64,000 nucleotides of DNA from Candidatus Omnitrophota bacterium (GCA_003528115.1 DOGZ01000017.1:8795-72794), one strand, 5' to 3'; shown: positions 18,629-28,653, counted from the stretch's first letter. Numbers and translations are program-made. Notes: a model not told the origin generated them from the letters alone.

Positions 18629-19840
18629 TTGATATTAGATGATTTTCAGTTTGCCAAACGGACGGACTGGCCATTGGCATCCAATCAGCTTGGTCATGTC
18701 CTGGAGCAACTGCGTAAGGAGAATATTCCTGTCATTGATTTGACTGAGTCTAATCCGACCCAAGGCGGATTTGTTTATCCTGAACAAAAAATTTTGGAGG
18801 CGCTGGGAGATGTCAAGAATTTAACGTACACTCCCGCTTCCGAAGGACTTTTAAAGGCCAGGGAGGCCGTCAGCCGGTATTATCAAGAGAAAAGTTTGGA
18901 TGTGCCGCCGGAGCGGATTCTTTTAACTTCAAGCACATCTGAAGGATATTCTTATCTTTTCCGTTTATTGGCTAACCCGGGTGAGCGTATCCTTTTTCCT
19001 CAACCGAGTTATCCTTTATTCCAATTTCTGGTTGATTTAAATGACATAGAAATGGTTAATTATCCTCTTTATTATGCCAAGGGCCGTTGGCAAATGGATT
19101 TTGAGCGGTTGGAAGAAGGGATAGATATTAATACAAAGGCCATTGTTATCGTTAACCCGAATAATCCGACAGGATCGTTTTTACGCGCGGAGGATATCAA
19201 GGTCTTGAATGCCATTTGCCGTAAGCGCCGCCTGGCACTTATCTGCGACGAGGTTTTTGGGGACTATGTTTTGAATAACCGGGAGAATTATATCAGTCTG
19301 GCCGGCAATGAAGAGGCCTTGACTTTTGTTTTAAGCGGAATTTCCAAAACACTTGGACTTCCGCAGATGAAATTATCTTGGATCGTGATGAGCGGTCCGC
19401 GCGATTTGGTGCAAGCCGCAAGAGAACGCTTGGAGATTATTTCCGACACGTATCTTTCGGTTAATACCCCGGTGCAACACGCGTTGTCAACATGGTTGCC
19501 TTTAAGACAAGAAATTCAAAAGGATATTTTGAACCGTGTTCAACAAAATTACGCGTTTATTCAACATCTGAGTGAGGACTCCTTATATTGCCGATTGCTT
19601 CACATCGATGGAGGCTGGTATGGGATTTTAAGAATACCCGATTGGCATAGCGAAGAGGCATGGGTCCTTTTGTTTTTGCGAGAGGAGCACATTTTAGTCC
19701 ATCCAGGATATTTCTTCGATTTTGAGGAGGAAACCTATATTGTCCTCAGTTTGCTTTGCCCCGTTGATGATTTTCAGAAAGGGATAAGGCGTCTTTTTAA
19801 GAGGGTAGAACGCGAGAATCTCAAAAACCTTAAGGCTTGA
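18629..19840 (+). CDS. PLP-dependent aminotransferase, class I/II
   Basis: DLTESNPT, NPNNPTG, DEVF, SGISK (PLP lysine), HPGYFF. Confidence 0.9.
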   Translation: MILDDFQFAKRTDWPLASNQLGHVLEQLRKENIPVIDLTESNPTQGGFVYPEQKILEALGDVKNLTYTPASEGLLKAREAVSRYYQEKSLDVPPERILLTSSTSEGYSYLFRLLANPGERILFPQPSYPLFQFLVDLNDIEMVNYPLYYAKGRWQMDFERLEEGIDINTKAIVIVNPNNPTGSFLRAEDIKVLNAICRKRRLALICDEVFGDYVLNNRENYISLAGNEEALTFVLSGISKTLGLPQMKLSWIVMSGPRDLVQAARERLEIISDTYLSVNTPVQHALSTWLPLRQEIQKDILNRVQQNYAFIQHLSEDSLYCRLLHIDGGWYGILRIPDWHSEEAWVLLFLREEHILVHPGYFFDFEEETYIVLSLLCPVDDFQKGIRRLFKRVERENLKNLKA

Positions 19841-19891
19841 AAACCCAAGGTGATTTGCTAATATGGTGACAATAAAAAAAGAATCAACTTT

Positions 19892-20383
19892 ATGTCAAAG
19901 GAGTTGTCCATGAAGAAACGACCTGATTGGGACGAATATTTTTTGAAATTGGCCATGCTGGCTTCGGAACGGGCCACCTGTCCACGTATGCACTGCGGGT
20001 GTGTCCTGGTTAAAAATAAAGATGTGATTGCCACAGGATATAACGGGTCTATTCCCGGCGATCTTCATTGTGAGGATGTCGGCTGCCTTGTTATGGATAA
20101 TCACTGTGTGCGGACGGTTCATGCCGAGATGAACGCCGTTGTTCAGGCGGCCAAGCGGGGTCACGCGGTTGAAGGCGCGACAGCCTATGTCACCAATATG
20201 CCATGCACGACGTGTGCCAAAGCTCTGATCACCGCCGGCATCAAACGGGTCGTTGTTTTCTCTGATTACCATGACACGCTGGCCGTGGAGTTTTTTACCA
20301 AGGCCGGTGTCAAGATCGATAAGCATTCGATGCCGTCACAAGATATCGCGTATAATCTTAAAGATTACTCTTCAGCGAGATAA
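19892..20383 (+). CDS. dCMP/cytidine deaminase (ComEB-like)
   Basis: RPDWDEYF, TGYNG, HAEMNA and PCTTC zinc motifs; alternative start 19910. Confidence 0.92.
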   Translation: MSKELSMKKRPDWDEYFLKLAMLASERATCPRMHCGCVLVKNKDVIATGYNGSIPGDLHCEDVGCLVMDNHCVRTVHAEMNAVVQAAKRGHAVEGATAYVTNMPCTTCAKALITAGIKRVVVFSDYHDTLAVEFFTKAGVKIDKHSMPSQDIAYNLKDYSSAR

Positions 20384-20468
20384 TCAACAGGGGTACCTGA
20401 CTTCCGCAAGTGTAATGGGACACTGTGGTCGTCAACCCCAACGCTCCTCTAATAATTCTTTTTGGTAA

Positions 20469-20873
20469 ATGCTCCGAATGATGCAGAATCTCAAGATATT
20501 GATGGCTGATGATGAGCCGGACGTTCTAGCAGTTATGGCCAAGAAAGTGGCGTCCGAAGGATATACGGTCATAACGGCCAGCGATGGGCAGGAGGCGTGG
20601 GAAAAAATTCAAAAGGAAATTCCAGACATCATTTTGCTGGACCTGACGATGCCAAAGAAAGACGGGTTTCAGGTTTTGAAAGAGTTGAGAGAAAATCCTC
20701 CCTCCAAGAAGTGGCAGCCGGTGATTATTATTTCAGCCAAGCGGGAATTGGAAGATATCCAAAAAGGTTTAGGCATGGAAGCGGATCACTATATCACCAA
20801 ACCGTGTTCGATAGGCGATGTTTTAAAGGCGATTAAACTGATGGCCAGTCTTATTCCACACCGGGAAATGTAA
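20469..20873 (+). CDS. Single-domain response regulator
   Basis: ADDEPD, LLDLTMP, ISAK, ITKP. Confidence 0.92.
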   Translation: MLRMMQNLKILMADDEPDVLAVMAKKVASEGYTVITASDGQEAWEKIQKEIPDIILLDLTMPKKDGFQVLKELRENPPSKKWQPVIIISAKRELEDIQKGLGMEADHYITKPCSIGDVLKAIKLMASLIPHREM

Positions 20874-20903
20874 ATTGTTTACCAGCGGTTGGGGACCGCG
20901 TTG

Positions 20904-21710
20904 ATGAAAACTATTATTTATATTATTATCCTGGTCATCTTGTTGTTGATCTACGTCTATCATCTTGAAAATAAAACCGTCTTTGCCCCAGCCAGGGATA
21001 TAGCCTCAACGCCGGCCGCGTTAGGATTTCCTTTTGAGGATCTTTATTTGACAACTGAAGACGGAGTCAAGTTGAACGCCTGGTTTATTCAATCGTCACC
21101 TCAGGACGGCACTCTTATTTTTTTACATGGGAATGCCGGCAACATCGGCGATCGGTTGGGGAAGATTGATTTTTTTCATAAGATGGGGTTGAACATTTTA
21201 ATTTTCGATTACCGGGGTTACGGGAAAAGCGGGGGTTATCCTTCTGAGAAGGGAATCTACAGCGATGCCCGGGCCGCGTATGATTATTTGCTGACGCGTC
21301 AAGACGTCGATCCCAGCCGGCTCGGGGCTTACGGGGGCTCTTTGGGCGGGGTCGTGGCGGTGAATTTAGCAACTCAGCGTCGGCTGGCGTGCTTGATCAT
21401 AGATTCTTCGTTTAGCTCCGGCCAGGACATGGCCAAACACATTTTTCCGGTTATCCCGGGTTTCTTGGTAAGAAAGAAGCTGGATGCCATCGGGAAGATT
21501 AAACAGGTGGGAATTCCTAAATTGTTTATTCACAGCATTGAGGATGAAATCGTTCCTTTGGCTTTGGGCAAAAAATTGTATGCGGCAGCGATTGAACCAA
21601 AACGGTTTCTGGAAATAGTCGGCGACCATAATGACGGGTATCTTCGCGATGGGGAAAGGATCCGCGACGGCATCAGTCAATTCTTGAAGGAATTAAAATT
21701 AATTAATTGA
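20904..21710 (+). CDS. Membrane-anchored alpha/beta hydrolase (YfhR/ABHD13-like)
   Basis: FLHGNAGN, DYRGYG, GGSLGG nucleophile elbow, DEIVP, HND. Confidence 0.9.
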   Translation: MKTIIYIIILVILLLIYVYHLENKTVFAPARDIASTPAALGFPFEDLYLTTEDGVKLNAWFIQSSPQDGTLIFLHGNAGNIGDRLGKIDFFHKMGLNILIFDYRGYGKSGGYPSEKGIYSDARAAYDYLLTRQDVDPSRLGAYGGSLGGVVAVNLATQRRLACLIIDSSFSSGQDMAKHIFPVIPGFLVRKKLDAIGKIKQVGIPKLFIHSIEDEIVPLALGKKLYAAAIEPKRFLEIVGDHNDGYLRDGERIRDGISQFLKELKLIN

Positions 21711-21717
21711 GCGGTGT

Positions 21718-22929
21718 ATGAATGTTTTTTTAAGAACTCATAAAACGAATATCATCCATGCCGACGGGAACCCTGTTTTCCTCAGAGGGGTGAATTTAGG
21801 GGGATGGCTGATGATGGAGGCCTATTTTCTTCATGCCCTGAATCGCCCTGTTCAGCATCTGAAAAAAAGTTTTGTGCAGTGTTTAGGGCAAGAGGCCTGG
21901 CAGGATTTTGAGGAGAATTTTCGCGGGAATTTTATACGGGAAACGGATATCCAGAATATCGCCGGCTTGGGATTCAATTGTATCCGTCTGCCGTTTCATT
22001 ACCGGTTGATTGAAAAAAAGCCTTTTCAATATGACACGACCGGCCTGCGGATATTGGATAAGGTTATCCGCTGGGTGGAGAAATATAAAGTTTGGGTTGT
22101 TCTTGATCTCCATGGCGCGCCGGGGTCCCAGAATCACGACTGGCACTCGGACAGTGATGGCCGCGCAGATCTTTGGACAAAGAAGAAAAATCAAGAAAGG
22201 ACCATAGAACTCTGGGCGTTTCTCGCAGACCGGTATAAAAACAAGAAGTGTATCGCGGGATACGATCTTCTTAACGAGGCGGTGCTCGGGGACGCGGCGC
22301 AATTAAATAATTTTTACAAAGAGCTCATCAGGCAAATCCGACAAGTAGACAAACAGCATATCCTGTTTGTCGAGGGGAATCAATGGGCCACGAATCTTGA
22401 GTGTCTGGATCCAATTGACGATGACAACCATGTTTTGAGCATCCATTATTATGAACCCGTCGAATTTACGTTTAATGCCGTACCGCATCTGAGATATCCC
22501 TTGAAGGCGTATGGCCGAAACTGGGACATGAAAAGCATGAAGGCGCATTTATCCAAATATCAGAAAATTTCCCGAGATCGCTCAGTGCCGATTTTTGTCG
22601 GCGAGTTCGGTGTCAATGCCCGGTGGGAAAACTCCGGCGAGGAGCGGTGGCTGGAGGATGCTTTAAGCTGTTTTGAGGCCTTCGGTTTTCACTGGACGTA
22701 CTGGACGTACAAAGCTGTTAAAAATAGTGTCTTTCCTGACGGTCTTTTCAGTTATGTGGAAAATCCGCCGTGGGTCAATCGGCTGGGATCGGTAATCGGT
22801 TGGGATACCTACAAATTTCATTGGACCACGCGGAAGAAGGAGATGATCCAATCCTGGCGCACGGAAAATTTCTTAGAGCACGCGTATCTTTTGAAGGTCT
22901 TGCAAAAATATGCCCGAGTCCATCATTAG
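21718..22929 (+). CDS. Glycoside hydrolase family 5, no signal peptide
   Basis: LRGVNLGGWL, DLHGAPGSQN, LLNE acid/base, HYY, VGEFG nucleophile, WTYK. Confidence 0.92.
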   Translation: MNVFLRTHKTNIIHADGNPVFLRGVNLGGWLMMEAYFLHALNRPVQHLKKSFVQCLGQEAWQDFEENFRGNFIRETDIQNIAGLGFNCIRLPFHYRLIEKKPFQYDTTGLRILDKVIRWVEKYKVWVVLDLHGAPGSQNHDWHSDSDGRADLWTKKKNQERTIELWAFLADRYKNKKCIAGYDLLNEAVLGDAAQLNNFYKELIRQIRQVDKQHILFVEGNQWATNLECLDPIDDDNHVLSIHYYEPVEFTFNAVPHLRYPLKAYGRNWDMKSMKAHLSKYQKISRDRSVPIFVGEFGVNARWENSGEERWLEDALSCFEAFGFHWTYWTYKAVKNSVFPDGLFSYVENPPWVNRLGSVIGWDTYKFHWTTRKKEMIQSWRTENFLEHAYLLKVLQKYARVHH

Positions 22930-23728
22930 CTTAACGAATCTTCGCATTAAACATCTTGTGAAGCTGCGAACCCACGGGCCCAAAGAAAGGCAAGGGCTGA
23001 CGATTGTTGAGGGGGGCCGTGAGATTTTGCGCGCCTTTGAAGCCAAAGTCCCCTTTAAAGAACTTTATGTCTGCCGGGAGCAAGGGGAATCTTCCATCGG
23101 TCTCGAGGAGATGGGGGGCAAAGAAAGTTTTATCAAAAAGATCGCGGCGCTTAAGGTGCCTGTCTTTGAGGTGTCCAAGTCTGTGTTTGCAAAGATTTCT
23201 TACGGTGAACGGAGGGAGGGTTTATTGGCTCTTTGCGCCCCACGCCCGCTTTCTTTAGAGCAGCTTCACCGTAAAGAGAATCCGCTCTATGTGATTGTTG
23301 AGACCGTTGAGAAACCGGGTAATTTAGGGGCCATTCTGCGGACGGCTGACGGCGTCGGTGTCGATGGGGTGATTGTCTGCGATGCCCAAACAGATATTTA
23401 TAATCCTAATGTGATCCGGGCCAGTTTGGGGACGGTTTTCTGCGTGGAAGTGGCGGTGACTTCGACGCGTGAATCGGTGAGATTTTTAAAAGAACGGGAT
23501 ATCAGGATTTGCGCGGCCGTGCCTTGCGCTAAAAATGTTTATTCCCAAGTTAATATGAAGGGGCCCCTGGCGATCGTTTTGGGCAGTGAACAAAAGGGCT
23601 TAAGTGATTTATGGGCGTCCCAAGCAGACATTCAAGTGAGGATCCCGATGAAAGGAAAAGCGGATTCGTTGAATGTTTCAACAGCCGCGGCTATTTTGCT
23701 TTACGAGGCTCTTCGGCAGAGAAGCTGA
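22910..23728 (+). CDS. SpoU/TrmH-family RNA methyltransferase (second paralog)
   Basis: VEG, EKPGNLGAILRTAD, LGSEQKG, IPMKGKADSLNV. Confidence 0.92.
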   Translation: MPESIISLTNLRIKHLVKLRTHGPKERQGLTIVEGGREILRAFEAKVPFKELYVCREQGESSIGLEEMGGKESFIKKIAALKVPVFEVSKSVFAKISYGERREGLLALCAPRPLSLEQLHRKENPLYVIVETVEKPGNLGAILRTADGVGVDGVIVCDAQTDIYNPNVIRASLGTVFCVEVAVTSTRESVRFLKERDIRICAAVPCAKNVYSQVNMKGPLAIVLGSEQKGLSDLWASQADIQVRIPMKGKADSLNVSTAAAILLYEALRQRS

Positions 23729-23768
23729 TGAAATTCCTTGGGCCCATATTGGAGAGAGGGTAGGAACT

Positions 23769-25718
23769 ATGATTACGATGAATAATTTGACCATGGGATT
23801 CACGCAACGGACCTTGTTTAAGGATGTCACGTTCAGTATATTCCCGAATGAAAAGATAGGATTAACCGGGCCTAACGGCGCGGGAAAGACCACGCTTTTT
23901 TCCATTATCTTGGGCGACATGGAGCCTTTGGCAGGAAGTGTTGTCGTCCAGAAGAATTTGAATATCGGGTATCTTCCCCAAGAGGCCAAGTTCAGTTCGG
24001 AAAAGACTGTGATGGAGGAGCTGACGGAGGGAGACATGCGGATTCGAAAGTTAATGGAAGAAAAACGAAAACTCGAGGACGCACAGAAAGCGGACACCAA
24101 CCGATACGGCGATATTTTGCATGAGTTGGAGGTCATGGGGATTTATGACATCGAATACAAGGCGGAGAAGATTTTGATGGGCCTTGGTTTTAATAAGACG
24201 GATTTTCACAAACCGATCGTCCAGTTGAGCGGCGGCTGGCAGATGCGAACGCTTTTGGCTAAACTGCTGACGTATCCCTTTGACCTTTTATTGCTGGACG
24301 AACCGACAAACTATTTGGATTTGGCCGCCACCTTGTGGCTTAAGGAATTTCTGGCCGGCTACGAAGGCTCATTTGTGCTTATCTCCCATGACAGGGTCTT
24401 TCTCAACGATGTCACCAATTATACGATCATCCTGGACGGGGCTCAGATGACCAAGGTCAAAGGAAATTATGAGACCCACGAAATGCAGAAAGATATTCAA
24501 TTCAAATCTCTGGAGAGAAGGCAGAAGGTTGTTGAAAAAAAGAGGGAGCAGCTGGAGCGCTTCACTCAGCGATTTCATGCCCAGCCGAACAGAGCCGCGG
24601 CTGTGCGTAATAAACGAAAGATGATCGAAAAGCTGGAAAATATTGAACTCCCGCAATCTCATAAAAGTATTGGGCAATTTGAATTTTCTGATATTCAGTC
24701 CAGCGGGTACGTCGTGGCACAGCTCAAGAAGGTAAGCAAGGCCTATGGAGAGAAACAGGTTTATAAGGATTTGGATTTTGAGATTATCCGCGGGCAAAAA
24801 ATCTGTCTGGTCGGGCCTAACGGCGCCGGGAAGTCCACGCTGTTAAAAATGCTGGCGGGCGCCATTGAGGCGGATTCAGGGGAGGTGAAATACGGCCATC
24901 AGGTCCAGGTAGGGTATTTTTCCCAGACACGGCTGGATGTTTTAAACCCTTTGCGGACCGTTTTTGATGAAGTGATTTCCGCCGCGCCCCCAGGGACTCC
25001 GGCTCTAAAGGTGCGGTCACTTATGGGGTTATTTAGTTTTCACGGGGATGATGTCTTTAAACACATCAAGGTATTATCCGGCGGGGAAAAAAGCCGGGTG
25101 ATCCTGGCCAAACTTTTAATCAATCCTCCCAATTTTATGCTGTTGGACGAGCCGACAACCCATTTGGATATGGATGGGGTCAAGGCGTTAACGAACGCCT
25201 TTCAGGAGTTCGACGGAACAATTTGTTTTATCAGCCACGACCTGTATTTTATCAGAGAGATTGCGGATTGCATCGTCGATGTCCAGGGCGGAAGGGTCAA
25301 GGTGTATCCCGGCGGACTTCAATATTATCTTGATAAGAAAAATGAGGTGGAGGCCATGCTGAAAGAAGAAAAAAAACAAATGGACGCGCAGGCCAAACAG
25401 CAAAAGAAACAGATCCACTCTCATGGAAAGAATCCGTCGGAGTCTTCCGCTCTAGACGAGCTGGGAGCCCGTCACAAAGCGGCCGTTCAAAGGATCGCGC
25501 AGATTAGAAATGAAATTAAGGCCTTGGAGCAGGAGCACAAGGGACTTGAGACCGAAAGCTATGTTAAGGCGCGGCGTCTTTCGGAATCGTATTCAAACAG
25601 AGACGCCGAGATTATAAAGGAATACGGGCAGAGACTTAAGTTTATTCAGAAGCGGTTGCGGGACATCGAGACGATCATCCGGGAATTGAAGGAAGAGAGG
25701 GACAGGATAAGCAAATGA
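23769..25718 (+). CDS. ABC-F family ATPase with C-terminal coiled coil
   Basis: Two NBDs (GPNGAGKT/S, LSGG, LLDEPT), interdomain linker, no TM. Confidence 0.93.
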   Translation: MITMNNLTMGFTQRTLFKDVTFSIFPNEKIGLTGPNGAGKTTLFSIILGDMEPLAGSVVVQKNLNIGYLPQEAKFSSEKTVMEELTEGDMRIRKLMEEKRKLEDAQKADTNRYGDILHELEVMGIYDIEYKAEKILMGLGFNKTDFHKPIVQLSGGWQMRTLLAKLLTYPFDLLLLDEPTNYLDLAATLWLKEFLAGYEGSFVLISHDRVFLNDVTNYTIILDGAQMTKVKGNYETHEMQKDIQFKSLERRQKVVEKKREQLERFTQRFHAQPNRAAAVRNKRKMIEKLENIELPQSHKSIGQFEFSDIQSSGYVVAQLKKVSKAYGEKQVYKDLDFEIIRGQKICLVGPNGAGKSTLLKMLAGAIEADSGEVKYGHQVQVGYFSQTRLDVLNPLRTVFDEVISAAPPGTPALKVRSLMGLFSFHGDDVFKHIKVLSGGEKSRVILAKLLINPPNFMLLDEPTTHLDMDGVKALTNAFQEFDGTICFISHDLYFIREIADCIVDVQGGRVKVYPGGLQYYLDKKNEVEAMLKEEKKQMDAQAKQQKKQIHSHGKNPSESSALDELGARHKAAVQRIAQIRNEIKALEQEHKGLETESYVKARRLSESYSNRDAEIIKEYGQRLKFIQKRLRDIETIIRELKEERDRISK

Positions 25719-25972
25719 GGCTCAAGATTGATTTGCATGACCATTATTCCGACGGTCGAAAACTGGAGGCGGCTCTTGTCACGATGATGACAGAGGCTCA
25801 GGAAAAAAAAGCGGATGTCCTTGAGATTATCCCGGGTAAGGGGAGCGGTCAGTTGAAGAAATATGTATTACGATTTCTTGAGAAGCAGTACAAAGGGGTG
25901 TATCACAGAATTGAAAAAGACGATAAGAATTGGGGACGCGTTTTTGTCCATTTCCGATGGGGGAAAATATGA
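25715..25972 (+). CDS. Stand-alone Smr-domain protein
   Basis: IDLHD and IIPGKGSGQLK motifs; ATGA overlap with the ABC-F stop. Confidence 0.88.
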   Translation: MRLKIDLHDHYSDGRKLEAALVTMMTEAQEKKADVLEIIPGKGSGQLKKYVLRFLEKQYKGVYHRIEKDDKNWGRVFVHFRWGKI

Positions 25973-26361
25973 AGGAAAATATCATTATGGTCATGGCCGG
26001 ATTAGTCCTGTTCAGCGGTTGCGCGAAGTTGGCTCATCTGGATCAGCTTTTAACTTTAAAGGAGCTTTCTGAAGAAGGGGATGCTCTCCAGAAACACGTT
26101 GAGGAGCACGACAAGAAATTTGACCTTATGTTAGCCGAGGTGAAAGCCGATACCCTTAAGACGTATCCCGATGAGAAAAGTTTTTTGGCCGCTTTTGGAG
26201 AACCTGTTTATAAAAAGACAGAACGGAAGGACGGCCAGGATGGGGAGGTATGGCTTTACCGTCAGGCCAAGCATACGCCCGATGCGGAGAAGGTCTATGT
26301 GTATTTTAATGCGTCGGGAAATTTGCGGGAATGGCGCCACGTTCCGTCAAATTCAAGATGA
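25969..26361 (+). CDS. Hypothetical lipoprotein
   Basis: MKENIIMVMAGLVLFSGC lipobox; FGEP...WLY...VYF pattern loosely resembles the BamE/SmpA fold. Confidence 0.7.
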   Translation: MKENIIMVMAGLVLFSGCAKLAHLDQLLTLKELSEEGDALQKHVEEHDKKFDLMLAEVKADTLKTYPDEKSFLAAFGEPVYKKTERKDGQDGEVWLYRQAKHTPDAEKVYVYFNASGNLREWRHVPSNSR

Positions 26362-26373
26362 TGTCCCATTCTC

Positions 26374-27198
26374 ATGGAATTGATTCTGAAAAATATCTAT
26401 GACCGGCTTTTTAAAGTCTTCGGGCCTCAGCATTGGTGGCCTGCCGAGACGCCGTTTGAGGTCATCGTCGGCGCAGTCCTGACCCAAAATACCAATTGGG
26501 GAAATGTTGAGAAGGCCCTCAGCAATTTAAAAGAAAGACAATGCTTATCTTTCCGGGCCATTCACGCCCTAGCGCATGCCCCGTTAGCCTCTTTGATAAA
26601 ACCCGCCGGCTATTTTAACGTTAAGGCCAAACGGCTTAAGAATTTAATAAATTTTATTTTCGAAAATTATGACGGAAGCCTTCAGAAAATGGCGCGTGAT
26701 CCCTGGGATTCGTTGCGTCAAAAACTCCTGGGGGTTAATGGGATTGGACCTGAGACCGCGGATTCCATATTGCTCTATGCCTTTGATAAGCCCGTTTTTG
26801 TGGTCGACGCCTATACGAAAAGGGTTTTGTACCGGCATAACATCGTTGCCCAAGAGACGGACTATCACGCGATCCAGGATGTTTTTATGCGTCACCTGGA
26901 CCACGATAGCAAGATGTTTAATGAATATCATGCCCTCCTTGTCCGTCTCGGCAAGGATTATTGCAAACCGTCACCGCTTTGTGAACAATGTCCCTTGAAT
27001 GATTTGAACTATTCCCTGGTGAATAAATGCTGCCATTGTCACAAGGCGCTTTTTCGAAAGACAGAGCGTATTGCCTTCAAAAGATCGACGGATTTCTTAA
27101 AAGGGGACGTTAAAAGGGGCTCCCTCCAACGGAACCGCCCAAGGTATCTGTGTTCAGGCTGCTTGTCGGGAGTCCGGGAAAGAATTCACGGAGATTAA
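26374..27198 (+). CDS. HhH-GPD endonuclease III-related protein with Cys-rich C-terminal extension
   Basis: GPQHWWPAETPFEVIVGAVLTQNT, GIGPETADSILLYA, VVDAYTKR, CxxxxxCxxC. Confidence 0.9.
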   Translation: MELILKNIYDRLFKVFGPQHWWPAETPFEVIVGAVLTQNTNWGNVEKALSNLKERQCLSFRAIHALAHAPLASLIKPAGYFNVKAKRLKNLINFIFENYDGSLQKMARDPWDSLRQKLLGVNGIGPETADSILLYAFDKPVFVVDAYTKRVLYRHNIVAQETDYHAIQDVFMRHLDHDSKMFNEYHALLVRLGKDYCKPSPLCEQCPLNDLNYSLVNKCCHCHKALFRKTERIAFKRSTDFLKGDVKRGSLQRNRPRYLCSGCLSGVRERIHGD

Positions 27199-27202
27199 AA
27201 AT

Positions 27203-27231
27203 TTGCTTAACCGCGTTTTGTTGTATATGAT
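27203..27231 (+). promoter_or_regulatory. Putative sigma70 promoter of rmuC
   Basis: TTGCTT-17 nt-TATGAT. Confidence 0.5.
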
Positions 27232-27315
27232 GAGGATGGTTTACGCGCAGGGACGTCAGGTGAAGTGAATGAGGTAAAACAATTTATTTTTTAGAGGGAT
27301 AAAGGGGTTCAGATC

Positions 27316-28653
27316 ATGATGCTGGTGGTAATGATAGTTGTCTTGATAAATACGGCCCTTCTGGCCGTTCTTTTTTTGCGCGATAAAGAGAGGGCGTGGG
27401 GTTCTTTGGGAAACCAAATAAGCGGTATTGAGAAAAATCAGGAAAGGCTGGAACGTTTACTGCGGGAAGAAATCTCAAAGGGCCGCGCGGAGGCGGGAGC
27501 CAATTTCCAGAAAGCCCGGGAAGAACAAAGCGAACACCTCAATGCCTTCAGTAACGCTGTTCTATCCCGTATGACGGAGGTTTCTACGTTACATAAAAAT
27601 CAATTGGATTCCTTTATTCAACAGTTATCCGCTCTGACACAGATGAATGAACAGAAACTGGAAAAGCTCAGAGAAGTCGTCGAAGAACGGCTTAAACATT
27701 TACAGGAAGATAACAGCCAAAAGCTGGAGAAAATGCGGGAAACGGTCGATGAGAAATTGCATTCAACATTAGAGCGACGTCTGGGAGAATCCTTTCAGAT
27801 TGTCAGTGAGAGATTGGAGAAGGTGCATCAGGGGTTGGGGGATATGCAGAATCTGGCCACAGGGGTGGGGGATTTGAAGAAAGTCCTTTCGAATGTCAAG
27901 ACCCGGGGAATTTTAGGAGAGGTCATCTTGGAAAACTTGCTGGAACAGATTTTGATTCCGGAGCAATACGAAAAGAATGTCGTGATTAAAAAAGATAGCC
28001 GTGAAGCTGTTGAGTTTGCCATCAAATTCTCCGGACGGGATCACCCGGTGGTGTATTTGCCCATAGACTCAAAGTTTCCGACGGAAGACTTTGAGAAATT
28101 GCAGCAAGCCCAGGAACACGTTGATTTGGTTATGATTGAGGAGGCCGCTAAGGCTTTAGTCAACAGGTTAAAGGGGGAGGCGAAGAAAATTCGGGATAAA
28201 TACATTGATCCGCCGCGCACAACGGATTTTGCTATCATGTTTCTCTCCACGGAGGGACTTTTTGCGGAAGTTTTGCGTCGGCCCGGTCTTTTTGAATCCA
28301 TGCAACGGGATTATAAGATTACCGTCGCGGGGCCCACCACTTTGGCCGCAATTCTCAACAGCTTGCAGATGGGATTTCGTACGTTGGCTGTCGAGAAACG
28401 GGCAAGCGAAGTCTGGAATTTGCTGGGGACTGTGAAAACGGAGTTTGGCAAATTCGGGGATCTTCTTGAGAAAACCCAAGAGAAATTGCAGCAGGCCAGC
28501 AATAATATTGAAGATGCCGCGCGAAAATCCCGGACGATCGAGAAGAAATTAAAAGATGTCCAGGTCTTGCCATCCATGGCGGAGAAGCCGTTATTGGGTG
28601 AGAACGGGGCCGAAGATCTTTATGAGCTGACGCACGATGACACCGCTGTTTGA
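27316..28653 (+). CDS. rmuC: DNA recombination protein RmuC
   Basis: N-terminal TM, coiled coil, KTRGILGE, PIDSKFP, TTDFAIMFL, GPTTL. Confidence 0.95.
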   Translation: MMLVVMIVVLINTALLAVLFLRDKERAWGSLGNQISGIEKNQERLERLLREEISKGRAEAGANFQKAREEQSEHLNAFSNAVLSRMTEVSTLHKNQLDSFIQQLSALTQMNEQKLEKLREVVEERLKHLQEDNSQKLEKMRETVDEKLHSTLERRLGESFQIVSERLEKVHQGLGDMQNLATGVGDLKKVLSNVKTRGILGEVILENLLEQILIPEQYEKNVVIKKDSREAVEFAIKFSGRDHPVVYLPIDSKFPTEDFEKLQQAQEHVDLVMIEEAAKALVNRLKGEAKKIRDKYIDPPRTTDFAIMFLSTEGLFAEVLRRPGLFESMQRDYKITVAGPTTLAAILNSLQMGFRTLAVEKRASEVWNLLGTVKTEFGKFGDLLEKTQEKLQQASNNIEDAARKSRTIEKKLKDVQVLPSMAEKPLLGENGAEDLYELTHDDTAV

